Below, piece by piece: positions 17,945 to 26,598 of a stretch of DNA of 64,000 nucleotides. How positions within the stretch are numbered: the stretch's first letter is position 1; the number at the start of each line of letters is the position of its first letter. The notes under the pieces are model-generated. The model saw only the letters and a program-made list of their open reading frames with translations. It did no database searches and was not told the origin of the DNA. A program made the translations under genes and the position numbers. Origin of the DNA: an uncultured Pseudokineococcus sp. (GTDB taxonomy: Bacteria; Actinomycetota; Actinomycetes; Actinomycetales; Quadrisphaeraceae); the NCBI RefSeq assembly GCF_947495735.1, contig NZ_CANMAA010000014.1, forward strand, positions 18,164-82,163, given 5' to 3'.

Positions 17945-19213
17945 GTGCCTCCTCCGACCGGCTCGCTCCTGCAGCCCCCGCGACCCGCGCCCCGGGCGCT
18001 GGGCCCCGCCGCGGGCGGACGCAGCCAGGAGGACGTCCGGCGCCACAACCTCTCGGTCGTCCTGGGCGCCGTCCACCGCGACGGCTCGCTCACGAGGGCG
18101 CAGCTGACGGCCGTCCTGGGGCTGTCGCGCTCCACGGTCGGCGACCTCGTCGGCGGCCTGGCCGCCGCCGGCCTCGTCGTGGAGGACCGCGCGCCCGCGG
18201 CCGTCGGGCGCGGGGTCGGACGGCCGTCCCTGGTCGTGCGCCCCCTGGAGCGCTCGGCCACGGCCCTCGCCGTCTACCTCGACGTCCACTGGCTGCGCGT
18301 GGCGGTCGTGGGCCTCGGTGGCGCGGTCCTCGACCGCGCCACGCAGGAGGTCCCCGCGGGCTCCCCGCCCCACGTGGTGGCCGACCTGGTCGGGGAGGTC
18401 GCCGCGCGCCTGGTCCCCGACGCGCAGGACCGGCGGCGGCTGGTCGGCGTCGGCGCCGCCGTCCCCGGCACCGTCCGCGCGGGCGAGGGCGTCGTCGGGC
18501 TCGCGCCGAACCTCGGCTGGGCCGAGCAGCCCGTCGGCGAGCAGGTCAGCGCTGCGGTCGCCCACCACCTCGGGCGGCGGCTGCCCGTCGTCGTCGCCAA
18601 CGACGCCGACCTCGGCGTCGTGGCCGAGTGCCGACGGGGGGCTGCGCGCGACGCCTCCGACGTCGTGTACCTCTGCGGCACCTGGGGTCTCGGCGGGGGC
18701 GTGGTCTCCGGCGGCCACCGCCTGACCGGCAGCCGCGGCTTCGCCGGGGAGGTCGGGCACATCGGCGTCGACCCGGAGGGGCGCGCCTGCCACTGCGGGA
18801 GCCGCGGGTGCTGGGAGTCCGAGAGCTCGGCCGCCGCCTGGGCGGTGCCGCTGGAGCTGGACCCCGACGCACCCGACATCGCCGAGCAGCTGCTCGACCG
18901 GCTCGACCGCGGCGGGGTGGCGGCCCGGCGCACCCGCGACCGGGTCTCGCGGGCGTTCGCGCGCGGGCTGGCGAGCGTCGTCAACGTCCTGGACCCGCAG
19001 GTGGTCCTCCTGGGCGCGGGGCTGTGGCGCGACCTGTGGCCCGTCGTGGCCGACGACGTCCTGCCGTGGGTCGAGCGGCTCGTGCTGCCCGCCCTGCGCG
19101 AGCACGTCGACGTGCGCCCGGCCGGCCTCGGCGAGGACTCGACGCTGCTGGGGGCCGCCGAGATCGCCCTCGCGCCGCTGCTCGAGGACCCCCTGGCGGT
19201 GGCGCCGGGCTGA
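17945..19213 (+). CDS. ROK family transcriptional regulator
   Basis: Winged-HTH region (RRHNLSVVLGAVHRDGSLTRAQLTAVLGLSRSTVGDLV) plus a ROK domain with the CHCGSRGCWE zinc motif. GTG 17945 is the only in-frame start and is preceded by CATGCT plus 6 nt. Confidence 0.8.
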   Translation: MPPPTGSLLQPPRPAPRALGPAAGGRSQEDVRRHNLSVVLGAVHRDGSLTRAQLTAVLGLSRSTVGDLVGGLAAAGLVVEDRAPAAVGRGVGRPSLVVRPLERSATALAVYLDVHWLRVAVVGLGGAVLDRATQEVPAGSPPHVVADLVGEVAARLVPDAQDRRRLVGVGAAVPGTVRAGEGVVGLAPNLGWAEQPVGEQVSAAVAHHLGRRLPVVVANDADLGVVAECRRGAARDASDVVYLCGTWGLGGGVVSGGHRLTGSRGFAGEVGHIGVDPEGRACHCGSRGCWESESSAAAWAVPLELDPDAPDIAEQLLDRLDRGGVAARRTRDRVSRAFARGLASVVNVLDPQVVLLGAGLWRDLWPVVADDVLPWVERLVLPALREHVDVRPAGLGEDSTLLGAAEIALAPLLEDPLAVAPG

Positions 19214-19241
19214 CCCGCCCCCGCGGGCCGCGCGTCGTGCC

Positions 19242-20912
19242 TCAGGCCGCCAGGTCGCCGGAGTCGTGCAGCACCCGGCCGGCCCGCAGCAGCCGCTGGC
19301 ACCGGGGGGCGGGCGCGCCGGCGGACAGGTCCGGCAGGCCCGGCGTCCCCGAGCGGGGGTCGGTGCTCCAGCTCGACACCCGCGCGTCCGCGGCCTGGAC
19401 GACGAGGTCGCCGACCGACCACACCGCCAGCGTCGCGAGCGCCCCGGGCACGAGGACGCCCTCGCCGTCGCGCCGGGCCGCGCGCCAGCCCCCGCGGGTG
19501 TGCGCGAGGAAGGCCGCGCGCGCCGAGAGGCTCTGCCCCTCCCCCGACATGGCGGTGCAGGCGCGCACGGCGCCCCACGGGTCGAAGGGGGTCACGGGGG
19601 CGTCCGAGCCGAGGGCGAGCGGCACGCCGGCGGAGGCGAGGTCGGCCAGCGGGTTGAGGGCCGCGGCCCGGCCCACTCCCAGCCGCTGGGCGTACAGGCG
19701 CCCCGCCCCGCCCCACACGGCGTCGAAGGCGGGCTGCACGCTGGCGACGACGCCGAGGCGGGCCAGCTCGGCGACGGCGCGCGCGTCGGGCGCCTCGAGG
19801 TGCTCGACGCGGTGGCGGGCGGAGGCGAGGGCGGGCGTCCCCACCTCCCGCTCGGCGGCCAGCAGGCCCTCCACGAGCGCGTCGCAGGCGGCGTCGCCGA
19901 TCACGTGGAAGCCGCCCTGCACGCCGGCGCGCGTGCAGGCGACCAGGTGCGCGGCCACCTCGTCGGCGGACAGGTGCAGGAAGCCGGCGTGCCCGTCCGG
20001 CAGGCCGGTGCCCGCCAGGTCGGCGTAGGGCTCGCGGAGCGCCGCGCTGCGCGAGCCGTAGGAGCCGTCGACGCACAGGTCCCCGGCCAGGCCGAGCACA
20101 CCGGCGCCGTCCACCTCCGCCAGCGCGGCGCGGGCCTCGTCCTCGTCGCGGGCCAGGGCGCCCCAGTAGGCGAGCACCTCGGGGACGTCCCCGCCGTCGG
20201 AGAGGGCCCGCAGCGCGCGCAGGTCCTCCGGGGAGCCGACGTGCGGCGCCGAGCACTCGGTGACGGCGGCCACCCCGGCCGCGGCCGCGGCCTCCAGCGC
20301 GCGGCGCTGCACCCGCTCCCGCTCGCCGGCGCTCATCCGGCGGCTGACGTCCCGCGCCACGTCGTGGGCGCGCCGGGCCACGAGGGCGCCGCCGTCCCAG
20401 CCCTCGAGGCCGCGCAGGCCGGCCCGCTCGGCGAGCGCGCTGGAGACCAGCGCCGAGTGCACGTCGACCCGCGACAGGAGCACCTCGGCGCCGCGGGCGG
20501 CCCGGTCCAGCTCCTCGCGCGAGGGCGGTGCGCCCTCCGGCCACGCGGTGTCGTCCCAGCCGTGGCCCAGCACCGGCCGCCCCGGGGCCGCGCGCGCGGC
20601 GTCGGCGACGAGGTCGAGCACCTGCGCGGCGCTCGTCGCCCTCGAGAGGTCGACGCCGGACAGGGCCAGGCCGGTCTCGGTGACGTGCGCGTGGGCGTCG
20701 ACGAAGCCGGGGGTCACGAGCGCCCCGGGCGCCTCGACGACGACGTCGGCCCGCGAGCGCTGCGCCTGCGCCGCCTCCTCCGAGCCCACCCAGGCCACGC
20801 GGTCGCCCTCCACGAGCACGGCGGTGGCGAAGGGGTCGGCCGGCGAGTACACCGACCCGGCCAGGTAGAGGACGCTGCGCGGGCCGGTCTCCTCGGCGGG
20901 TGCGGTGCTCAC
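19242..20912 (-). CDS. amidohydrolase family protein (Amidohydro_3/YtcJ-like)
   Basis: Contains VTPGFVDAHAHV and a C-terminal LALGSDAPV region. I chose the GTG at 20912. The 181 further N-terminal codons in the ORF track read through the tandem repeat and were rejected. Confidence 0.75.
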   Translation of the reverse strand: MSTAPAEETGPRSVLYLAGSVYSPADPFATAVLVEGDRVAWVGSEEAAQAQRSRADVVVEAPGALVTPGFVDAHAHVTETGLALSGVDLSRATSAAQVLDLVADAARAAPGRPVLGHGWDDTAWPEGAPPSREELDRAARGAEVLLSRVDVHSALVSSALAERAGLRGLEGWDGGALVARRAHDVARDVSRRMSAGERERVQRRALEAAAAAGVAAVTECSAPHVGSPEDLRALRALSDGGDVPEVLAYWGALARDEDEARAALAEVDGAGVLGLAGDLCVDGSYGSRSAALREPYADLAGTGLPDGHAGFLHLSADEVAAHLVACTRAGVQGGFHVIGDAACDALVEGLLAAEREVGTPALASARHRVEHLEAPDARAVAELARLGVVASVQPAFDAVWGGAGRLYAQRLGVGRAAALNPLADLASAGVPLALGSDAPVTPFDPWGAVRACTAMSGEGQSLSARAAFLAHTRGGWRAARRDGEGVLVPGALATLAVWSVGDLVVQAADARVSSWSTDPRSGTPGLPDLSAGAPAPRCQRLLRAGRVLHDSGDLAA

Positions 20913-21044
20913 GCGCCCGAGTGTGCCCGGCGGCCCCGCGAGCGCACGAGGGCGGTGCGCCGCGCCGCGGGCGTCGCCGTGCCGCAGCGGCACACCTGCC
21001 GGCACGGCGCCGTCACCGCGCGCCTCGGGCGCCGACTCCGGGGG

Positions 21045-21384
21045 CAGGGTGTCGACGAAGTGCGCATGAGGGGGTGTCCTCGACGGCAGGGTGTCGACGA
21101 AGTGCGCTTGAGGGGGTGTCCTCGGCGGCGGGGTGTCGACGAAGTGCGCCTGAGGGGGTGTCGTCGGCGGCAGGGTGTCGACGAAGTGCGCTTGAGGGGG
21201 TGTCGTCGGCGGCAGGGTGTCGACGAAGTGCGCCTGAGGAGGCGTCTCGGCGGCAGAGTGTCGACGAAGTGCGCTTGAGGGGGTGTCGTCGGCGGGCAGG
21301 GTGTCGACGAGGTGCGCTTGAGGGGGTGTCCTCGGCGGCAGGGTGTCGACGAAGTGCGTCTCGAGGGGCGCCGCCGGCGGCCCC
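21045..21384 (+). repeat. tandem array A: 8 copies of a 42-bp unit
   Basis: GTGTCGACG.. begins at 21049, 21091, 21133, 21175, 21217, 21258, 21301 and 21343. Consensus GTGTCGACGAAGTGCGCYTGAGGGGGTGTCSTCGGCGGCAGG. The whole unit is repeated with no unique spacers. Confidence 0.9.
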
Positions 21385-21419
21385 GGGCGTCCTCGGACGG
21401 CGCTGGTCCCCCGCGCCTC

Positions 21420-21425
21420 TAGGCT
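21420..21425 (+). promoter_or_regulatory. -10-like hexamer TAGGCT, 7 nt before the ATG at 21433 (leaderless-type)
   Basis: Sequence is cTAGGCTcctgcgcATG, with no Shine-Dalgarno sequence. Confidence 0.4.
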
Positions 21426-21432
21426 CCTGCGC

Positions 21433-22434
21433 ATGGACGCCCGCACGACCCGCACCGGCTCGTCCTCGAGCGACGGCCCCCTGCTCCTGCTCGACGCGGC
21501 GTCGATGTACTTCCGCGCCTACCACGGCATCCCCGACTCGGTGGCCGCTCCCGACGGCAGCCCCGTCAACGCGCTGCGCGGCTTCCTCGACATGACCGCC
21601 CGCCTCGTCGCCGACCGTCGCCCGGGCGGGCTCGTCGCCTGCTGGGACGACGACTGGCGCCCGCAGTGGCGCGTGGACGCCGTGCCCTCCTACAAGGCCC
21701 ACCGGGTGGGGGCCGACGGCGGCGAGGACGCCCCGCGGACCCTCGGCCCCCAGGTGCCGGTCATCGCCGAGGCGCTCGCCGCCGTGGGCGTCCCCCGGGT
21801 GGGGGCGCCGGGCTGCGAGGCCGACGACGTCATCGGCACGCTGACGACGCGGGCGCTGGCCGCGGGCCGCCGCGTCGAGGTCGTCACGGGCGACCGCGAC
21901 CTCTTCCAGCTCGCGGGGACCGGCGAGCGCGACGACGACGTCCTCGTCCTCTACACCTCCCGCGGCATCCGCGACCTCGAGGTCGTCGACGGCGCCCGCC
22001 TGCGCGAGCGCTACGGCGTCGCCGACGGCGACCGCTACGCCGACCTCGCCGTCCTGCGCGGCGACGCCAGCGACGGGCTGCCCGGCGTCGCCGGCGTCGG
22101 GGAGAAGACGGCGTCGACGCTGCTGGAGCGCTTCGGCGACCTGGCGGGCGTGCGCGCGGCCGTCCTGGCGCGGGACCCGTCCCTGCGCCCGGCGCAGCTG
22201 GCGCGCCTGGCCGAGGCCTCCGACTACCTCGACGCCGCCCCCGCCGTGGTGCGCGTCCTGCGCGACGCCGACCTGCCCGAGCACGAGGACGCGCTGCCCT
22301 CGGCGGTGGCCGACTCCGACGCCGTCACCCGGCTCGCGCGCCGCTACGGCGTCGCCTCCAGCCTGCGGCGCCTCCTGGTCGCGCTGGGCCTGCCCACCGA
22401 GGCCGTCCGCGACGAGGTCGTCGGCGGGCGCTGA
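21433..22434 (+). CDS. 5'-3' exonuclease (Pol I-type 5' nuclease, PIN-like + H3TH)
   Basis: Contains LLLLDAASMYFRAYH, GDRDLFQL and DGLPGVAGVGEKTA. Confidence 0.85.
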   Translation: MDARTTRTGSSSSDGPLLLLDAASMYFRAYHGIPDSVAAPDGSPVNALRGFLDMTARLVADRRPGGLVACWDDDWRPQWRVDAVPSYKAHRVGADGGEDAPRTLGPQVPVIAEALAAVGVPRVGAPGCEADDVIGTLTTRALAAGRRVEVVTGDRDLFQLAGTGERDDDVLVLYTSRGIRDLEVVDGARLRERYGVADGDRYADLAVLRGDASDGLPGVAGVGEKTASTLLERFGDLAGVRAAVLARDPSLRPAQLARLAEASDYLDAAPAVVRVLRDADLPEHEDALPSAVADSDAVTRLARRYGVASSLRRLLVALGLPTEAVRDEVVGGR

Positions 22435-22773
22435 CGCCGGGACGTCGTCGCCGGCTCCCCCTGCGCCGAGGGAGACCACGTCGCCGACCTCCCCACCGGG
22501 CTGCTCCGGCCCCCGGTTGCGGGACACGTGGCCCGGGCGTACTTTCCAAACGTTCACCTAACGCGCACCAGCGCGTCCCGAGCGGTCGCAGACCGCATCC
22601 CGTCCTCGGCGCCAGCGCGCCGGGACGTCCTTCCGAGACCTGTCGCCACTGAACCGGCGCACCCTCGCAGCAGCCGCCGACCACCGCGGCGCTCTTGGGC
22701 GCAGCCCGTGGCTCGACCGGCTCCCCGGTGCCGCCTTCCCGGCCGCGCACCCCCTGACCCGAAGAGGACCCCC

Positions 22774-23382
22774 ATGGCCGACGAGGCCCGCCCCACGAAC
22801 CCGAGCACCTCCGGCGCCCCGACCGGCGCGCACACCACCAACCACCAGGCCCCCGACCGCCCGGCCGCGAACCGCCCGGCCGCGAACCGCCCGGCCGCGA
22901 ACCGCCCGGCCGCGAACCTGCCGCCCCGCAAGGCCCGTTCCACCGGGCTGGCCGTGGCCGCCGCCGGCATCGTCGTCTTCAACGTCTCCCCGTTCCTGAA
23001 CTGGGTGGGCTTCGACGACGAGACCGACTTCCGCACCGGCTACGAGACCGACTCCCTGGTCCCCTTCATCGCCTACCTCGGCCTGGGCCTGCTGCTGGCG
23101 ATGGCCTACGCCCGCGGTCGCGCCCACCGCGGCCAGCACCGCGGCCTGACCCTGGTGTCCATGGCCGTCGGCCTGGCCGCCACCATCCAGGCCGTCGCCT
23201 TCGCCCTGAACCCCATGGGCGGCCTCGAGCGCGGCGACGACCTCTCCGCCCAGATCGGCGTGTTCGTCGCCATCCTCGGCGGAGCGATCTGGGCCCTCGG
23301 CTCCGGTCTGCTCGCCAAGGAGATCGAGGGTGACGACCACGACCGCACCGACGACGACGCCCGCGCTGCCGAGAACCACTGA
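22774..23382 (+). CDS. hypothetical 4-TM membrane protein with (RPAAN)x4 N-terminal repeat
   Basis: ATG at 22774 with GAAGAGGA upstream. Four hydrophobic segments and an acidic C-terminus. Confidence 0.55.
   Translation: MADEARPTNPSTSGAPTGAHTTNHQAPDRPAANRPAANRPAANRPAANLPPRKARSTGLAVAAAGIVVFNVSPFLNWVGFDDETDFRTGYETDSLVPFIAYLGLGLLLAMAYARGRAHRGQHRGLTLVSMAVGLAATIQAVAFALNPMGGLERGDDLSAQIGVFVAILGGAIWALGSGLLAKEIEGDDHDRTDDDARAAENH
22858..22917 (+). repeat. perfect 15-bp x4 in-frame tandem repeat (CGCCCGGCCGCGAAC)
   Basis: Four identical copies encoding RPAAN. Confidence 0.9.
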
Positions 23383-23450
23383 CCCACCGCGCCCGCAGCG
23401 CGGAGGCGCCGGACCCCGTGGTCCCGGCCCCCGTTCGGGCGCAGGCAGGA

Positions 23451-23486
23451 CGCCCCGGTCACCGGCTCGCACCGGTGACCGGGGCG
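23451..23486 (+). terminator. perfect 15-bp stem-loop
   Basis: CGCCCCGGTCACCGG, loop CTCGCA, CCGGTGACCGGGGCG. It lies 69 nt after the stop at 23382. Confidence 0.55.
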
Positions 23487-23619
23487 CTCGTCGTCCGGGG
23501 GCGGCCCCGCGGGCGCGTCGTCCCCGGCCCCGGAGGAGCCGTGGGGCTGCCCGCCGCGCCAGGCGCCGGCCCTGCTGCGCTCGGACTCCGGACGGGGCGC
23601 AGGCCGGCGGCGCCGCGCG

Positions 23620-23625
23620 TACCGT
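23620..23625 (+). promoter_or_regulatory. -10-like hexamer TACCGT, 6 nt before the GTG at 23632 (leaderless-type)
   Basis: Sequence is gTACCGTcgtcggGTG. Confidence 0.4.
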
Positions 23626-23631
23626 CGTCGG

Positions 23632-25095
23632 GTGAGCCTCGCACCGCCGTCGACCGTCGTCCTCGACTCCCGCTTCGCGCGGGAGCTGCCGGAGATGGCG
23701 GTCCCCTGGCGAGGCGAGGCGGCGCCCGAGCCGCGCCTGCTGGCGCTCGACGAGGAGCTGGCCGCCGAGCTGGGTCTGGACCCGGACTGGCTGCGCAGCC
23801 CCGACGGGCTGGCCCTGCTCCTGGGCCTCGAGGTCCCCGACGGCGCCCAGCCCGTGGCGCAGGCCTACTCCGGGCACCAGTTCGGCGGGTACTCCCCGCG
23901 CCTCGGCGACGGGCGCGCGCTGCTGCTCGGTGAGCTCGTCGACGCCGACGGCTCCGTCCGCGACCTGCACCTCAAGGGGTCCGGGCGCACGCCGTTCTCC
24001 CGGGGCGGCGACGGCCTGGCCGCCGTCGGGCCCATGCTGCGCGAGCTCGTGGTCAGCCGAGGGCTGCACGCCCTCGGCATCCCCACGACCCGCGCGCTGG
24101 CCGTGGTGGCGACCGGGCGCGCGGTGCGCCGCGAGACCCCGCTGCCCGGCGCCGTCCTCGCCCGGGTCGCAGCCAGCCACCTGCGCGTCGGCAGCTTCCA
24201 GTACGCCCGCGCCACCGGTGACCTCGACCTGCTGCGCCGCCTCGCCGACCACGCGATCGACCGCCACCACCCCGCCGCCTCGGCGGCCGACAACCCCTGT
24301 CTCGCGCTGCTCGACGCGGTGGTCGCCGTCCAGGCGTCGCTGGTCGCCCGGTGGATGCTCGTCGGGTTCGTCCACGGCGTCATGAACACCGACAACACGA
24401 CCATCTCCGGGGAGACCATCGACTACGGGCCCTGCGCCTTCCTCGACGCCTTCGACCCGGCCACGGTCTACAGCTCCATCGACTCCGGCGGGCGCTACGC
24501 CTACGGCAACCAGCCGGCCGTGGCCGAGTGGAACCTCGCCCGCCTCGCGGAGGCGCTCCTGCCCCTCCTGCACGAGGACCAGGAGCAGGCGGTCGCGCTC
24601 GCGACGCGGTCCCTCGAGACCTTCCGCCCCCGCTACGAGGCCGCCTACGCCTCGGGGGCGGGCGCCAAGCTCGGCCTGCCCGACGACCTCGACGACGAGG
24701 TCCTCGTCCCGCTCGTGGCGGACCTGATGGACCTGCTCACCCGGGCCCGCCCCGACCACACGCTGTTCTTCCGCGCCCTCGCCCCCGCGGCGCGCGGCGA
24801 CGGCGCCCCCGTGCACGAGCTGGTCGCGGACGCCGCCGCGCTCGACGGCTGGCTGGCGCGCTGGCTCGACCTGGAGCCCGACGCGGCCGCGATGGACCGG
24901 GTGAACCCGCTCTACATCCCGCGCAACCACCTCGTCGAGGAAGCCCTCGCCGCCGCGACCGACGGCGATCTCAGCCCGTTGGAGCGGCTGCTGGAGGCCG
25001 TCGACGCGCCCTACGACGAGCGCCCCGGGCTGGAGCGCTACGCCGCCGCGGCCCCGGAGGACTTCGGGGCGTACCGGACGTTCTGCGGCACCTGA
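23632..25095 (+). CDS. selO: protein adenylyltransferase SelO (YdiU/UPF0061)
   Basis: Contains [33 protein letters not shown] and [26 protein letters not shown]. Confidence 0.9.
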   Translation: MSLAPPSTVVLDSRFARELPEMAVPWRGEAAPEPRLLALDEELAAELGLDPDWLRSPDGLALLLGLEVPDGAQPVAQAYSGHQFGGYSPRLGDGRALLLGELVDADGSVRDLHLKGSGRTPFSRGGDGLAAVGPMLRELVVSRGLHALGIPTTRALAVVATGRAVRRETPLPGAVLARVAASHLRVGSFQYARATGDLDLLRRLADHAIDRHHPAASAADNPCLALLDAVVAVQASLVARWMLVGFVHGVMNTDNTTISGETIDYGPCAFLDAFDPATVYSSIDSGGRYAYGNQPAVAEWNLARLAEALLPLLHEDQEQAVALATRSLETFRPRYEAAYASGAGAKLGLPDDLDDEVLVPLVADLMDLLTRARPDHTLFFRALAPAARGDGAPVHELVADAAALDGWLARWLDLEPDAAAMDRVNPLYIPRNHLVEEALAAATDGDLSPLERLLEAVDAPYDERPGLERYAAAAPEDFGAYRTFCGT

Positions 25096-25273
25096 GGCCC
25101 GCGCTCGTCAGCGCGCGCCCCCTCGCCGGCGCGTCGCGCCGCGACCGCCGCCGGCCGGGTCGAGCGAGGTGGTGGGGTCGGAGGACCTGCTCGCCGGAGC
25201 AGCCGCGGGTGAGCGGGGCCCCCGACGGTCGGCCTGGGTCGGCGCGCGCTCCCCCGGGAGGCCCGCGACCTCC

Positions 25274-25843
25274 CTAGGCCCCGGGCCGGTAGCGCAGGCG
25301 CCCCGCGCGGTACCGCTCGAGGAGCACCGCCGCGACGGCCGCCGGCTCGGCCGGCGGGTCGGCCAGCACGTGCCGCTCCTCCAGGTGCACGAGGTCGGCG
25401 GTGAAGTCGGCGTGCATGTGCGCCGTCGCCGCGGCGTCGGTGAAGCCGTGCCCGGTGCGCTCGGCCACCTGCTGCTGGCAGCGCTGCCGCGAGGGCAGCA
25501 GCAGCGCGTAGTGCAGCTCCCCGGGCACCGCCAGCCCGTGCCGGCCGGCCTCCCGGGCCGCCGTCGGGAGGAACCCGGGGCGCAGCACGCCGTCGTAGAC
25601 GACCGGGCAGCCACCCGCCGCGAGGGTCGCCGAGGCGGCCACCGCCGAGCGCAGGACGAGGGTGTTCTGCTCGTCGGCCTCCGGCAGCCAGGGCAGCAGC
25701 GCACCTCGGACCCAGAAGGCGAAGAAGTCGTCCCCGGGCACCAGCGCGGCGCGCTCGAAGGAGGCCACCAGCAGCGCCGCCACGGTGCTCTTGCCGGCGC
25801 CGGGAGGACCGCTGACGACCACGAGGTCGGACAGCCGGACCAC
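25274..25843 (-). CDS. P-loop NTPase / small-molecule-kinase-like protein
   Basis: Walker A SGPPGAGKST close to the N-terminus, ~190 aa. The start is uncertain (GTG 25843 chosen; ATG 25966 is the alternative). Confidence 0.55.
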   Translation of the reverse strand: MVRLSDLVVVSGPPGAGKSTVAALLVASFERAALVPGDDFFAFWVRGALLPWLPEADEQNTLVLRSAVAASATLAAGGCPVVYDGVLRPGFLPTAAREAGRHGLAVPGELHYALLLPSRQRCQQQVAERTGHGFTDAAATAHMHADFTADLVHLEERHVLADPPAEPAAVAAVLLERYRAGRLRYRPGA

Positions 25844-26052
25844 CCTGCCAGCCCGCGCACCGGCCGTGGCCCGCCGTCGTCGCCCACAGCCGAGGGACTG
25901 AGGACCTCCGGCGACGAGCCGTGGGGACGCCTCGCGGGCGCACCGATGCGGTCGGTTCCCGGCCATCCGCCCGGCGCGCGTGACACCCTGCGCGCTGGTC
26001 CGGGCTCGCCGTCGAGCCCCGGGCAGGCGGCACGCGCTCACGGGGGGACGTC

Positions 26053-26598
26053 GTGGCAACGACCAGCGGACGAGTCGACGAACGGGTCGACGGCGCGGCG
26101 CGCCCGTCGACGACGAGCAGGGGCGTCCTGCGGCTGGGGGCGCTGGGCCGGGCGTGGCGGACGGCCGTCGTCGTGGTGCTGGCGGTGGGGTTCGGAGCCG
26201 GGAGCCTCGTGGGGGACGACCACTGGTGGCCGCTCTCCCCGTGGCGGATGTTCTCCACCTCCAGCTCCCCGAGCGGGGCCGTGCGCGTCTTCGTCCTGGA
26301 GGTCACCACCCCGACCGAGCCCGCCTGGCGCGAGGTCCCGATCAACCTCGGGGTCGTCGGGCTCAACCGGGCCGAGCTGGAAGGGCGCTGGCCGCTGGTG
26401 CAGGAGCAGCCGGAGGTCCTGGCGACCCTCGCCGACGCCCACGCCCGGCTGCAGCCCGAGCAGGAGCGCTGGGACGGCGTCCGCCTGGTGCGCCGGTCCA
26501 CGCCGCTCGTCGGGGGCAGCCCCGACCGGGAGGCCACCAGCGACCAGCCCCTCGCCGTGTGGACCGCCCGCGACGGGGCGCAGGTGCTGGGCTCGTGA
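26053..26598 (+). CDS. hypothetical membrane-anchored protein, partner of the HTTM protein
   Basis: GTG at 26053 with GGGGGGA upstream. One N-terminal TM segment (WRTAVVVVLAVGFGAGSLV) followed by DDHWWPLSPWRMFS. Its stop overlaps the next start (GTGA). Confidence 0.5.
   Translation: MATTSGRVDERVDGAARPSTTSRGVLRLGALGRAWRTAVVVVLAVGFGAGSLVGDDHWWPLSPWRMFSTSSSPSGAVRVFVLEVTTPTEPAWREVPINLGVVGLNRAELEGRWPLVQEQPEVLATLADAHARLQPEQERWDGVRLVRRSTPLVGGSPDREATSDQPLAVWTARDGAQVLGS

Noticed and set aside
21045-21384. CRISPR array, considered for both repeat loci (also 36778-37020).
   Set aside because: There are no unique spacers, because the whole 41-42 bp period is the repeat. I recognised no cas genes in the window.
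21045-21384. Resemblance of the repeat core TGTCGACG to the PafBC-dependent RecA-NDp promoter element (TGTCRGTG-N8-TANNNT).
   Set aside because: Only the first five bases match. No TANNNT follows at the required 8-nt spacing within the units. This is too weak to claim.
20913-21455. N-terminal extension of the amidohydrolase ORF encoding 14-aa repeats (HFVDTLPPRTPPQA).
   Set aside because: It is simply the 42-bp array read in frame. It uses A/T-ending codons that are rare here (ACA, CCT, CAA, AGG). The 41/43-bp units break and restore the frame. The related array B is clearly non-coding. The ORF would also overlap the exonuclease start.
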